Shown here: positions 10,326 through 20,345 of the stretch, piece after piece
Layout: each line of letters begins with the position of its first letter
Position numbering within the stretch: the stretch's first letter is position 1
From: an uncultured Acidobacteriota bacterium
GTDB taxonomy: Bacteria > Acidobacteriota > UBA6911
Reading direction: 5' to 3'
Assembly: GCA_963809485.1 (NCBI GenBank)
Contig: CAWEJX010000014.1
Location: 27,753 to 91,752 of the forward strand
Length of the DNA stretch: 64,000 nucleotides
Position numbers and translations under genes: made by a program
The notes under the pieces: generated by a model
What the model saw: only the letters and a program-made list of their open reading frames with translations
Database searches by the model: none
What the model was told of the DNA's origin: nothing

Positions 10326-10907
10326 ATGACACAGCGCCCTTTTTTTTTCACAACCTTCGAGATCAGCCAAATCTGCGGCGTAAATCCGACGACGGTGCAG
10401 AACTGGATCAAGAGCAAAAAACTCAGGGCATTCCGCACTCCCGGAGGGCACAGGAGAGTGCGCCGGGAAGAGCTGATACAGTTCCTAAAGGAGTTCGGCA
10501 TGCCGCTCCCGCTGGAGCTTGCCGCAGAGAAGCTGCGGATCATGGTGGTGGACGATGAAAGGGATGTTGCGGACCTGCTGGAGGCCCTGATGCGCTCCGG
10601 GAGCAGGGATGTGGATGTGGTGAAGGTTCAAAACGGGATCGAGGCTCTCCTGATGATCGGGGAATCCAGTCCCGACCTGCTGATCCTGGACATCAGGATG
10701 CCCGGAATGAACGGATACGAGGTTTGCCGGAAACTCAAAACCAGCGCCAACACGCGGAGCATCAAGATCGTGGCGATCAGCGGCGATCACGGTCCGGATG
10801 TCAGAGAGCGTATCCTGAGGGCGGGCGCGGACCTTTTTTATGCCAAACCGCTGGATATCGCCGCATTCCGGGAGAGCTGTTTCCGGCTCCTCAATATAGG
10901 CACATAA
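10326..10907 (+). CDS. Response regulator with N-terminal excisionase-type HTH
   Basis: FTTFEISQICGVNPTTVQNW...RTPGGHRR; receiver motifs VVDDE, LDIRMP, KP. Confidence 0.85.
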   Translation: MTQRPFFFTTFEISQICGVNPTTVQNWIKSKKLRAFRTPGGHRRVRREELIQFLKEFGMPLPLELAAEKLRIMVVDDERDVADLLEALMRSGSRDVDVVKVQNGIEALLMIGESSPDLLILDIRMPGMNGYEVCRKLKTSANTRSIKIVAISGDHGPDVRERILRAGADLFYAKPLDIAAFRESCFRLLNIGT

Positions 10908-10921
10908 TTCGGGGAATTTTT

Positions 10922-11986
10922 ATGTCGATACTCGATCAGCCTGATCTTTGCACTGCCCTCGATCCCAAATCCATGATGTCCCTTCTGCAATCCTTTCCGG
11001 AGCAGATACAGGCTGCATGGAAAGCCGGGCGGGAGATCTCACTTGCCAAACCGGTCGGCATCAGGGTGCTGATGGTGACGGGACTGGGGGGGTCCGCGAT
11101 CGGAGGGGATCTTGCGCGATCGGTTTCCGGAGCGCAGTTGCGCGTTCCGCTGATCGTCAATCGCGACTACGATCTCCCGGGATTTGCGGACGCCGGTTCG
11201 CTGGTTTTCGCCTGCAGCTACTCCGGAAATACCGAAGAAACGTTGAGCGCTTATGAGCAGGCGCACCGGGCAAAGGCTTCCATAGTTTGCATCACATCCG
11301 GCGGCAAGCTGGAATCCATGGCGAAAGCGGACGGCTATCCCGTAATCTCTCTTCCCGGCGGCCTTCCTCCGCGGGCGGCACTTGGCTATTCGCTGTTCGG
11401 CCTGCTTTCCGCGATGCAGGCCCTGCAATTTATCGATAATCTGGATCAACCCGTCGGGGAGACGCTGGCCTTATTGACCAGGCAGCGCGACAGATTCGAT
11501 CCGGCCAATCCGCTGTCCACCAATCCGGCGAAGGCCCTGGCCGATGCGCTGAAGGGCAGGATCATCGCCATCTACGCTTCCAGCGGCATCATGGACGCTG
11601 CGGCTTACCGTTGGCGGTCTCAAATCGCGGAAAATGCAAAGAACCTGGCCTTTCACCATGTTCTGCCGGAAATGAATCACAACGAGCTTGTCGGTTGGAA
11701 ATGCCCGGAAGAAGCGCTGCGCAATCTCGGGGTGGTGATGCTTCGCGACCGGGAAGATCACCCGCAGGTGCAGCGAAGATTCGAGCTGACCGGGGAATTG
11801 ATCGCTGAAAGGGCCGGCGTTTTGCGCGAAGTCTGGAGCGAGGGGGATTCTCTTCTGGCGCGTGTCCTGTCCATTATTTATCTGGGCGATTACGTAAGCG
11901 TATACCTGGCCTACCTAAACAATACGGACCCGACCCCTGTACGCGTAATCGACTATCTGAAACAAAAGCTGGGCGGACCCCGGTAG
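10922..11986 (+). CDS. Bifunctional phosphoglucose/phosphomannose isomerase
   Basis: GLGGSAIGG, SYSGNTEET, ENAK and PEMNHNELVG motifs. Confidence 0.9.
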   Translation: MSILDQPDLCTALDPKSMMSLLQSFPEQIQAAWKAGREISLAKPVGIRVLMVTGLGGSAIGGDLARSVSGAQLRVPLIVNRDYDLPGFADAGSLVFACSYSGNTEETLSAYEQAHRAKASIVCITSGGKLESMAKADGYPVISLPGGLPPRAALGYSLFGLLSAMQALQFIDNLDQPVGETLALLTRQRDRFDPANPLSTNPAKALADALKGRIIAIYASSGIMDAAAYRWRSQIAENAKNLAFHHVLPEMNHNELVGWKCPEEALRNLGVVMLRDREDHPQVQRRFELTGELIAERAGVLREVWSEGDSLLARVLSIIYLGDYVSVYLAYLNNTDPTPVRVIDYLKQKLGGPR

Positions 11987-12019
11987 GATGTAGCATCCGC
12001 GGCTTCCAGGAGAACCATC

Positions 12020-13372
12020 ATGCGACGGGAAATTTTTCGCGAGTACGACATACGGGGGATCGCCGGCAGGGATCTCACCGATGAAACCGTGGAGCTGCTG
12101 GGCCGTGGCATCGGAACGATGATGCGGCGCCTGGGGCGGGGGAGGATCACGCTTGGCCGTGATTGCCGTCCCAGTTCGGATGCTTTTCGGGACGCGCTTT
12201 TGGCGGGGATGACGGCAACAGGGCTGGATGTGGTCGACATCGGCATTGTGCCCACGCCGCTTTTGTATTATTCGATATACCAGCTCGAGAGCGAGGGCGG
12301 CGTGATGATTACCGGGAGCCACAATCCTCCCGAGTACAACGGCTTTAAGACCTGTATCGGGCATGATTCGGTCTATGGAGACCAGATCCAGGCAATTTAC
12401 GGGATTATAGAATCCGGGGACTTTACCCGCGGGAAAGGACAGGCTTCGACCGCGGACGTGATTGCTCCCTATCGGAAATGCGTCCTGGACCAGATTCGGT
12501 TGTCCCGGAAAATCCGCGTCGCGATCGATTGCGGAAACGGCACCGCTTGCCTTTTGGCGCCGGATCTTGTGTCGGCCCTGGGTTGCGAGCTGACCGGGCT
12601 TTATTGTGAGATGGACGGCACCTTTCCGAACCACCACCCGGATCCGACGGTCGTGGAAAATATGGAGGATCTCCGGAATGCGGTCCAGTCCGGGGGATTG
12701 GAGCTCGGCATTGCATTTGACGGGGATGCCGACCGGATTGGGGTTATAGCCGACGACGGGAGGATCATCTGGGGGGACATGCTGCTGGTTTTGTATGCCC
12801 GCGAAATTCTCAAGCATCATCCCGGAGCAACGTTCATATCGGAAGTGAAGTGTTCGGTGAACCTGTTCCGGGAAATTGAAAAGCTCGGGGGCAGGGCCAT
12901 CATGTGGAAGACAGGGCATTCCCTCATCAAGGCAAAGATGAAGGAGGAAAAGGCGCTGCTGGCGGGGGAAATGAGCGGCCACATGTTTTTTGCCGACCGG
13001 TATTTCGGGTACGACGACGCCATCTATGCAGCCTGCCGTCTATTGGAGCTTCTTTCGGCTTCCAGCGATTCGCTTTCCCGGATGCTTTCGGACATCCCCC
13101 CTGCATTCGTGACGCCCGAGATACGCGTCCAGTGCGATGACGATAAGAAATTTGATGTTGTCGAAAAGGTGAAGGCGGCGTTCCGGCAGGACCACGAGGT
13201 CCTGGATGTCGACGGAGCCCGCGTGCTGTTTGCTTCAGGCTGGGGCCTGGTGCGGGCTTCCAACACTCAGGACGTGCTGGTCCTGCGATTCGAGGCTGAT
13301 TCTCAGGAACACCTGGACTCCATTCGCGCCCGGGTTGAGGAGATCGTGCACCGTGCCAAATCGCTGCGCTAG
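12020..13372 (+). CDS. Phosphomannomutase/phosphoglucomutase (AlgC-like)
   Basis: FREYDIRG, TGSHNP, FDGDADR, GEMSGH, VRASNT. Confidence 0.95.
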   Translation: MRREIFREYDIRGIAGRDLTDETVELLGRGIGTMMRRLGRGRITLGRDCRPSSDAFRDALLAGMTATGLDVVDIGIVPTPLLYYSIYQLESEGGVMITGSHNPPEYNGFKTCIGHDSVYGDQIQAIYGIIESGDFTRGKGQASTADVIAPYRKCVLDQIRLSRKIRVAIDCGNGTACLLAPDLVSALGCELTGLYCEMDGTFPNHHPDPTVVENMEDLRNAVQSGGLELGIAFDGDADRIGVIADDGRIIWGDMLLVLYAREILKHHPGATFISEVKCSVNLFREIEKLGGRAIMWKTGHSLIKAKMKEEKALLAGEMSGHMFFADRYFGYDDAIYAACRLLELLSASSDSLSRMLSDIPPAFVTPEIRVQCDDDKKFDVVEKVKAAFRQDHEVLDVDGARVLFASGWGLVRASNTQDVLVLRFEADSQEHLDSIRARVEEIVHRAKSLR

Positions 13373-13399
13373 CTTCGGTTCGACGGGTCACAGGAGAAA

Positions 13400-14293
13400 A
13401 TGATTCTGACTGCATTCAAGTCTGCCCTCAAAAGCTTGGGCCTTCTTTTCTTTCTTGCGGTTTCTCCCCCGGCATGGGCGCAGGAGAGTCCCCAGGCTTT
13501 TGCATTCGCGAATACCAACTATGTCATAACGGCCGAAATGGCGGGCGAGCATGCCTTTATCGTCAACTTCATCAACCTTTCGGACTTCGTGATCGTGGTG
13601 CAGCCGAACGAATTCATTTACAAGGGCGCCTCGGGGCGCTTCTATATCGGCCAGGTTTACGACGTGCAGCACAAGGATACGCGGGGCGAAACCCATAGAT
13701 ATTCCGCATCCATCCTGCTGAAAGGCCACTCCTTTGCCGGGCTCACCATCGTCGGCGCATTCAGGGAGCAGGACGACATTCGCGAGTTGAGCGTGCGCAT
13801 CGGCGCCAAGCGGTATTATCTGCAGCCCATGGAAAAGGTCCTTTTCGAGCAGCTGGCTTCAAAAATCGGCGAAATCGACCTGCAAAATCCCAGTGCGGCA
13901 GCGGCGCTTGCGGAAGCCAACATCACCGAAACAGGAACGATCCGGAACACCGACGGCACATCCGACTGGGACCAGGACTGGCAGGGCCTCCTGACGCAAG
14001 ACGGGATCAATCCTCCGAAAATAATCGAGCGCCCGGCCATTGCCCCGACCGATGATTCCCGGAAATCGCGCTCCTACGGAAAGGTCCGGCTTTCGGCCAT
14101 GATCAACAAAAGCGGAGGAATCCAGGATTTGAAGGTCATCAAGAGCCTGGGGCGCGGGCTGGACGAGAGAGCCATGGAGGGAGTCAAAAACAGCTGGATC
14201 TTCCTGCCGGCCACCAAGAACGGGGAAGTTCTGGATACCGCAATCACGATAGATGTGGATTTCCCGCCTCCCGAGAAAAAAGAGGAACGATGA
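13400..14293 (+). CDS. Secreted protein with C-terminal TonB domain
   Basis: Signal peptide; GKVRLSAMINKSG...VIKSLGRGLDERAMEGV..W.F.PATKNG TonB_C pattern. Confidence 0.75.
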   Translation: MILTAFKSALKSLGLLFFLAVSPPAWAQESPQAFAFANTNYVITAEMAGEHAFIVNFINLSDFVIVVQPNEFIYKGASGRFYIGQVYDVQHKDTRGETHRYSASILLKGHSFAGLTIVGAFREQDDIRELSVRIGAKRYYLQPMEKVLFEQLASKIGEIDLQNPSAAAALAEANITETGTIRNTDGTSDWDQDWQGLLTQDGINPPKIIERPAIAPTDDSRKSRSYGKVRLSAMINKSGGIQDLKVIKSLGRGLDERAMEGVKNSWIFLPATKNGEVLDTAITIDVDFPPPEKKEER

Positions 14294-14709
14294 ATTCCTG
14301 TGTGTTTTACGATACCCTGAGCGCCCAGAAAGAGCGCCAGATCTTCGAAATCGTTCAGCGGGCCTATGAGCGGCACGAAAAGGTTGTTATTTTTGTGCCA
14401 GGCGCGGAGCGCGCGTCGGCGATGGACAGGATCCTCTGGGTGCTCAAGCAGGAGGCGTTCATCCCGCACAAGATACTCAGCCAGTCGGACGCGGACGCTT
14501 CAGTGCCGGTGGGAATCGTAACTTCGGAAATCAATCCATCGGGGGCTTCCGTCCTGATTGCGGACGGTCACTGCAGTATCGACTTTGCCTGCGCGTTTGA
14601 CTCGGTTCATGAATTCGTGGACAGGTCCTCGGCGGAAATACAGGAAGCCTGCCGGGAACGTTTTCGCGCTTACCGCGCACGTCAGGTCCCGGTGGAATAT
14701 TCCAAATAG
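14290..14709 (+). CDS. holC: DNA polymerase III chi subunit-like protein
   Basis: MDRILW...AFIPH and CRERFRAYR match HolC LD..LW....FIPH / AR.R.R.Y patterns. Confidence 0.7.
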   Translation: MNSCVFYDTLSAQKERQIFEIVQRAYERHEKVVIFVPGAERASAMDRILWVLKQEAFIPHKILSQSDADASVPVGIVTSEINPSGASVLIADGHCSIDFACAFDSVHEFVDRSSAEIQEACRERFRAYRARQVPVEYSK

Positions 14710-14859
14710 GAATCCCGCAGGGCTATTCCTCGCCGCTGAACACCGGCAAATGACAGCCACGCCGAAATACGCCGGCAGAGGCGCCGATGACGCGTGGTCA
14801 AAGGCGCGATGGCCGGCGTATATCAGCCGTTAGCCGACGGATTTCTCCTGCCGTCAAAA

Positions 14860-15840
14860 TCACTGCACGCGGAAACGACCGGGCAGGCGGAATGAGGAGC
14901 TGATCGGGGCCTGGTTGATGTCTATGGCATCGAGATATTTTCCGGATCGTCCCGAAAATCCGGTGACCATATTGCCCGTGTTGGCCTGAACACTGAATTC
15001 CTTTTCCCCTCCGCGTCCGCCGTATGCCGGCGAAGTCCGCCTGTTCGTGCGGATGGTCAGCGAATCCACATATTTGCCATAGCGGCCCGAAATCCCGACT
15101 ATGTATTCGTTGGCATCCAGGGTGAAGTCGTTTCTCCTCCCGCTGCGGTTTCCGTGCAAGGCGCCTTCGGCGGTGCGGCCATCGGACAGAGTGTACACGA
15201 GCTGAATTCCGTCAACATAATCTCCGGAATACACGCGCACTGCCGATATCCTCGCTCCGGACGGCAGGGCCGGATCTGCAAAAGGATTGCCGCCCCTGCC
15301 GCCATAATATCCGTCCTGGTTGGCCTGGGACCTCGGTATGGGGAGATAGATCAATCCAATGGCATCCAGGTATTTGCCCGAACGCCCGGAAAATCCCACC
15401 GCATAATTTCCGGAAGCGACGCCCACCTGATACTCCTGGCTTCCGCCCCTCCCGCCATAAGATGGGGAGGTGCGTTTGTTGGTGTGTATCTGGATCGAAT
15501 CGATGTATTCCCCGTAACGCCCGGACAGCCCGACAATATATTCATCCGAATCCAGCCGGAAGATATTCTGCCGTCCGCCCGAACCTCCATGACGGGAAGC
15601 CGATTGAAGCTGTCCGTTGGCAAGCGTGTACACCATCTGCACTGCGTCTAAATAATCCCCGGAAAAGACGTGAACTTCCGAAACTCGTGCGCCGTAAGGA
15701 ATTCCGCTGTCTGTAAATGGATTTCCCCCGCGCCCGCCCATAACAGTGGTCGCAGCAGGTGTTTGCCCGAATACCATGAGCTGCAGTCCGATAAAGAACA
15801 GGGCAAGAAAAATTGCCGTGCAAACCGATTTTTTACTCAT
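14860..15840 (-). CDS. Secreted tandem jacalin-like lectin (two beta-prism domains)
   Basis: Signal peptide; duplicated GGRGG.PF.D, SGDY.D, GRYG.Y.DS, GRSGKYLDAI; GGAGG upstream. Confidence 0.8.
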   Translation of the reverse strand: MSKKSVCTAIFLALFFIGLQLMVFGQTPAATTVMGGRGGNPFTDSGIPYGARVSEVHVFSGDYLDAVQMVYTLANGQLQSASRHGGSGGRQNIFRLDSDEYIVGLSGRYGEYIDSIQIHTNKRTSPSYGGRGGSQEYQVGVASGNYAVGFSGRSGKYLDAIGLIYLPIPRSQANQDGYYGGRGGNPFADPALPSGARISAVRVYSGDYVDGIQLVYTLSDGRTAEGALHGNRSGRRNDFTLDANEYIVGISGRYGKYVDSLTIRTNRRTSPAYGGRGGEKEFSVQANTGNMVTGFSGRSGKYLDAIDINQAPISSSFRLPGRFRVQ

Positions 15841-15955
15841 GATGCATGCCTCCGAGGGATGTTTATGGATGCTCGTGAAGACTGTTCGATACATAAATGG
15901 CGTGTGTAAATTCGAGCCTCTATGAGCCCGCGGGCCTATCCCGCCGATAGCCAAA

Positions 15956-16174
15956 ATTACATTGGTAAACCCGCGGCTCTGCCGGGGGACTCAAAGAGTT
16001 TGACAGCTCCGTATTTTGAAACGCTGACGTACGCTGAAAAAATATATAAATTTTTGTCGGCGTGCGTCGGCGTTCGTTCAGCGTGCGTCAGCGTTCAAGA
16101 CCGGCGTAACTAGTCCAACCGCTTTGAGCGGTTCAAATCTTTCAAGCCTCCGGCTTTGCCGGAGGTACCTGACT
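15956..16174 (+). mobile_element. MITE-like element copy C (AT-loop core type)
   Basis: Both ends present, terminates CCTCCGGCTTTGCCGGAGGTACCTGACT. Confidence 0.8.
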
Positions 16175-16275
16175 TCGCCGAGCGTTGCAACAGACGCCCG
16201 TTTGTGATTTTAGCACTTGCGAAAGTATTGTCACTATCAATCCCGGGATTCCGTAACCGGGCCCTCAATCCGGTA

Positions 16276-17283
16276 TTATTCGCGTTCTATGGCCGCGTTC
16301 AACAATGCGTCCATTGCTGCCAGGGATTCTTTGAGGGTCGGGACCGGCACGGAATCCACTCCGCATAGCCGGCGCAGTGTCTGCCGCGCTATTTCAATGT
16401 ATCCCTCAAGCCAGCCGTATCCATGAAATGGAACTGCGCTGCTGGAAGCGTTGGGCGCCTCGCGCCGGATCACCGAAGTCCGGTTGCCGGATCCGAACAG
16501 AATTTCATCGGGCTGCAGGAATTTCCAGGTTGCCGTTCCCCGGGTGCCCAGCACGGTGTATTCCAAATCGTTGGTTGCTCCATGGACCGTTTTGGATATT
16601 GAGGCTATCGCCCGCCTGTTTCCCGGAAACTTCAGATTCAGGTGTACATGCGTGTCCCGGTGCGGCGCTTCGGAGTTCCTGTACGTGAGCCAGCCGCGGC
16701 TTTCGATCGGCCTGTCGGACATGAGATAAAGACAGATATCGGCTACATGGCTTCCCAGGTCGGTGAGAGTGTCCCATGGCCCGTTGAGCTTTGGATCATT
16801 TTTCCACTGCCTTTTACCGGATACGCCCGTCAACGCCTGCTGTGCGCTGGATGATTGCCAGTAGCGGGATTCGAAACAGAAAACCTCACCAAGGTCTCCC
16901 GCCTCGATCATCTTGCGTATGGTGCGGGTTCCCCAGAGAACCCGGTAGCCGTGAAAGACCGAAACCGGCAGCTCAACCTCCTGCAATGAAGCAAGCTCCT
17001 CCTTGCGCACGCAGACCGGCTTGTCGGTGAGAATCGCGCTGAAGCCGGCCAGGGCGCCTTCGGAAATCCACTGAGCGTGCAACCCGCTGGGATTTGCAAG
17101 AAAAAGCACGTTCTCGGCATCGTCCATGAGCGCGGAATGCAAGGGGCTCCCTCTCGGCAGAATGCGGGCGGGCAACAGATCAAGCTCGGGATCGCCTTGA
17201 GAAATTATCGCGAGGCTTTGAAGAATTGCCTGTCCCGCCATGCCTCTGCCTACAACCAGGGGTGCAATCGGCTTTCTCTTCAT
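16276..17283 (-). CDS. Gfo/Idh/MocA family oxidoreductase
   Basis: VVGRGMAG, NPSGLH, DKPV, DLGSH..D. Confidence 0.85.
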   Translation of the reverse strand: MKRKPIAPLVVGRGMAGQAILQSLAIISQGDPELDLLPARILPRGSPLHSALMDDAENVLFLANPSGLHAQWISEGALAGFSAILTDKPVCVRKEELASLQEVELPVSVFHGYRVLWGTRTIRKMIEAGDLGEVFCFESRYWQSSSAQQALTGVSGKRQWKNDPKLNGPWDTLTDLGSHVADICLYLMSDRPIESRGWLTYRNSEAPHRDTHVHLNLKFPGNRRAIASISKTVHGATNDLEYTVLGTRGTATWKFLQPDEILFGSGNRTSVIRREAPNASSSAVPFHGYGWLEGYIEIARQTLRRLCGVDSVPVPTLKESLAAMDALLNAAIERE

Positions 17284-17400
17284 AGGGCATCCTGACATAA
17301 AAAATGAGAGTTTGCAGCGGACCTATCCATCATTTTGCGGCATTCCCCCGCTTCCGGGTCGGCGCGCTTCAGCGTTGCCAAATCCCGGAGATGCAAAATT

Positions 17401-18267
17401 CTACTGGCCTCCGGGATCCTTTCGGTTCAGTGCGTCCAGGAATGCGCGTATTCGCTCCACATATACGGTGCCCGCTGAAAAGATAAGATCGTTGTGGCCT
17501 GCGCCCGTCACCTCGTAAAACTCCTTGGGCGGCGGCGCAATGTCATAAAGCCGCCGGCCGAGCCGAAAGGGGACGATGTCATCGCGATCGCCGTGAATAA
17601 AAAGCTTGGGGCAGCGGATGCCGGCGATTTTGGACGCCGAGTCGAACCGGACATTCGTGAGCGGCTGCAGCAGCCCGACAGGCAAAATGGTCTTCGCCAT
17701 ATCCCATGCGGTCGTGAAGGTTGATTGCAGAATCAGTCCGTCAACCGGCACCCTGTGTGCAAGGTCCACAGCAACCGCTCCTCCAAGGGACTTACCCAGC
17801 AAAACCAGGCGGCTCCCGTCGACGGATTGCTCGCTGGACCACCATTGGTAGCAGGCGGCGGCATCGAGATAAAGGCCTTTTTCCGATGGATTGCCTTCGC
17901 TCTTGCCGTAGCCCCTGTAATCCACGATGAGGATATGCGCATTCAGATCACGAAGCATCTGAATCCAGCCAAGGCGGTGGCTGATATTTCCGGCATTGCC
18001 GTGGAAAATCAGTATCGTGTGCGGGGCGCCGGGATGCGGGAAGAACCAGCCGTGAAGCCGGGTGCCGTCCTCCGTCACAGGGTAAACGTCCCGATACGGA
18101 AGTCCCAGGCTTGACGGGGTGTCCGTCAATTCTTTTGCCGGGTAATAAACAAACATCCGTTCGAGCACATTCGTGGTCATGGCGAGCAACACCACAGCCA
18201 GCAAAAAGGCCGGAATCAGCCAGTGGCGCAGGATGAAACGGCCCGCTGTCTTCAGGTAGGTCCTCAC
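17401..18267 (-). CDS. Membrane-anchored alpha/beta hydrolase
   Basis: FHGNAGN, DYRGYG, GKSLGG, HGDRD, GAGHND. Confidence 0.9.
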   Translation of the reverse strand: MRTYLKTAGRFILRHWLIPAFLLAVVLLAMTTNVLERMFVYYPAKELTDTPSSLGLPYRDVYPVTEDGTRLHGWFFPHPGAPHTILIFHGNAGNISHRLGWIQMLRDLNAHILIVDYRGYGKSEGNPSEKGLYLDAAACYQWWSSEQSVDGSRLVLLGKSLGGAVAVDLAHRVPVDGLILQSTFTTAWDMAKTILPVGLLQPLTNVRFDSASKIAGIRCPKLFIHGDRDDIVPFRLGRRLYDIAPPPKEFYEVTGAGHNDLIFSAGTVYVERIRAFLDALNRKDPGGQ

Positions 18268-18306
18268 GGTCAGCTATTGTAATGCCAATCTTCACCATTT
18301 GATTTG

Positions 18307-19935
18307 TCAAACGGATCCTGCCTTACCGGCAGAGCCGGAGGATCTCCCCGCAGATTGCGATTGAATCCGACTGTGTTTGCGGCTGTAGCAAAAGTAGATC
18401 GCCAGCCCGATCAGGAGCCACGCAATCAGCCGGATCCAGTTGACATAGCCCAGCTTATACATCATGTAAGCATTCATGAGGATTCCAAGAATGGGGAGCC
18501 AGGGCACCAGCGGGGTCCGGAACGGGCGCGGGTGATCCGGGTTGGTGTGGCGCAGGACGATCACCGCAATGCACACTATGATGAAGGCAAGCAGAGTCCC
18601 GATATTTACCATTTTACCGATATCATCGATCGGCGTAAGGCTGCCGACGACTGCGGCAAGAACTCCCACCAGGATCGTGTTTTTATACGGGGTCCGGAAC
18701 TTCGGATGGATTGCGGCAAAAAACCTGCGCGGCAGCAGCCCGTCGTTCGCCATCGCATACAGCACGCGGGTCTGTCCCAGCAGCATGACCAGCATGACAC
18801 TGGTGAGTCCGGCAAGAGCGCCCATGGTTATCAGGTTCGAAGCCGAGTTCAACCCGCGGTCCAGAAAAGCCCGCGCCAGCGGCGCTTCGATGTTTACGTC
18901 CTGCCAGGGCACCATCCCGGTCAGGACCGCCGCGACGAGTATATACAGCAGCGTGCACGCGGCGAGCGAGGCAATGATGCCGATCGGGAGATCCCGTTGC
19001 GGATTTCGGGCCTCCTGCGCCGTCGTCGACACGGCGTCAAATCCTATATACGCAAAAAATATGTACGCGGCGCCGGCCCCTATTCCGGAAAATCCCATAG
19101 GGGCAAAACTCGACCAATCGTGTCCCCAGTTCGCCGGATTGACATACCGGATTCCAAGCAGGATTACAAAGAGCACCACCGACACCTTGATGATTACGAT
19201 ACCGGCATTGAATCGCGCGCTTTCCCGGATGCCCACGACCAATATTGCCGTGATCAGTAGCGCGATGCAGAAGGCGGGAAGGTTGAAGCCGATCTCCACT
19301 CCAAAAATATGCGGGGCGTTGACCATAGTGTGGGCCTGCTGGAGCAGTTCGGGAGATTGCTGATGCAGGATTTCGGTGACTTTTTGCAGGTAGTCCTGGC
19401 TGCCCGCGATCAAATCGGGATTAGCGGCTTTTGCCATTTCGCGCGCAACCACATTTTGCGCGGATCGCAAAGCAGTCCAGTGGTCGTAGGAAAGCCACAG
19501 CGGCATGTTGATTTTGAATATGTGCAGAAACTCGATGAAATGATTGGACCACCCGGATGAAACGGTGCTGGCTCCCATGGCGTATTCCAGGGTGAGGTCC
19601 CACCCGATGATCCATGCAAAAAGCTCCCCCAGGGTTGCATAGGCGTAGGTATATGCGCTTCCCGCCAGCGGAATCATGGCGGCAAACTCGGCATAGCAGA
19701 GCCCGGCAAAGGCGCAGCCGAATCCGCTGAGCACAAAAGACAGCATCAGGCCGGGGCCGGCGTAATGAGTCCCGAGTCCGGACAGGACAAAGATCCCGGC
19801 GCCGATGATGGCTCCGATCCCCAGTGTCGTGAGCGAAACAGGGCCCAGCGTGCGCTTCAAGGAATGCTCGCCGGAATCCTCCGCTTCCCTGAGCATCACG
19901 TCCAACGGCTTTTTTATGAACAAAGACTTTCCCAT
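18307..19935 (-). CDS. APC-superfamily amino acid permease (CAT-like)
   Basis: GAIIGAGIF, GSAYTY, FFAYIGFDAV; multiple TM segments. Confidence 0.92.
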   Translation of the reverse strand: MGKSLFIKKPLDVMLREAEDSGEHSLKRTLGPVSLTTLGIGAIIGAGIFVLSGLGTHYAGPGLMLSFVLSGFGCAFAGLCYAEFAAMIPLAGSAYTYAYATLGELFAWIIGWDLTLEYAMGASTVSSGWSNHFIEFLHIFKINMPLWLSYDHWTALRSAQNVVAREMAKAANPDLIAGSQDYLQKVTEILHQQSPELLQQAHTMVNAPHIFGVEIGFNLPAFCIALLITAILVVGIRESARFNAGIVIIKVSVVLFVILLGIRYVNPANWGHDWSSFAPMGFSGIGAGAAYIFFAYIGFDAVSTTAQEARNPQRDLPIGIIASLAACTLLYILVAAVLTGMVPWQDVNIEAPLARAFLDRGLNSASNLITMGALAGLTSVMLVMLLGQTRVLYAMANDGLLPRRFFAAIHPKFRTPYKNTILVGVLAAVVGSLTPIDDIGKMVNIGTLLAFIIVCIAVIVLRHTNPDHPRPFRTPLVPWLPILGILMNAYMMYKLGYVNWIRLIAWLLIGLAIYFCYSRKHSRIQSQSAGRSSGSAGKAGSV

Positions 19936-20091
19936 GCGCCCTCCCGCCGCGACAGTATACAAGATAGCCGTCGGATCCTCCGCAGGTTATTGAGGCTGTT
20001 ATTGCGCGTGACCGGGGAATTCGCCCGGTCCGGATGCCGGAAGCAGGAAGCCAGTGGATGCATTCCGTCACGGCCGGCACCCTGATGCCTA

Positions 20092-20318
20092 ATTCTATTG
20101 GTAAACTCCCGGTTTTGCCGGGGGACTCATAGAGTTTGACAGCTCCGTATTTTGAAACGCTGAGATACGCTGACCAAAGCGCTGACAAACGCCGATCTGT
20201 TCGGCGAGGGTCAGGCTTTTGCCCGCGTAAGTCAGCGTTCAAGATTGGCGTAACTCCTCCAACCGCGTTGAGCGGTTCCAATCTTTCAAGCCTCCGGCTT
20301 TGCCGGAGGTGCCTGACT
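20092..20318 (+). mobile_element. MITE-like element copy D
   Basis: ATTCTATTGGTAAA start, both hairpins, ends GGTGCCTGACT. Confidence 0.8.
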
Positions 20319-20345
20319 CGTCAATCGTCAATCGTCATTCGTCAA
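20318..20345. repeat. Tandem heptamer (TCGTCAA)x4 between the carB stop and MITE D
   Basis: tcgtcaa tcgtcaa tcgtcat tcgtcaa. Confidence 0.8.

Noticed and set aside
14769-14821. Inverted repeat TACGCCGGC...GCCGGCGTA between convergent holC and lectin genes as a terminator
   Set aside because: Long loop and no U-tract; cannot be supported as an intrinsic terminator
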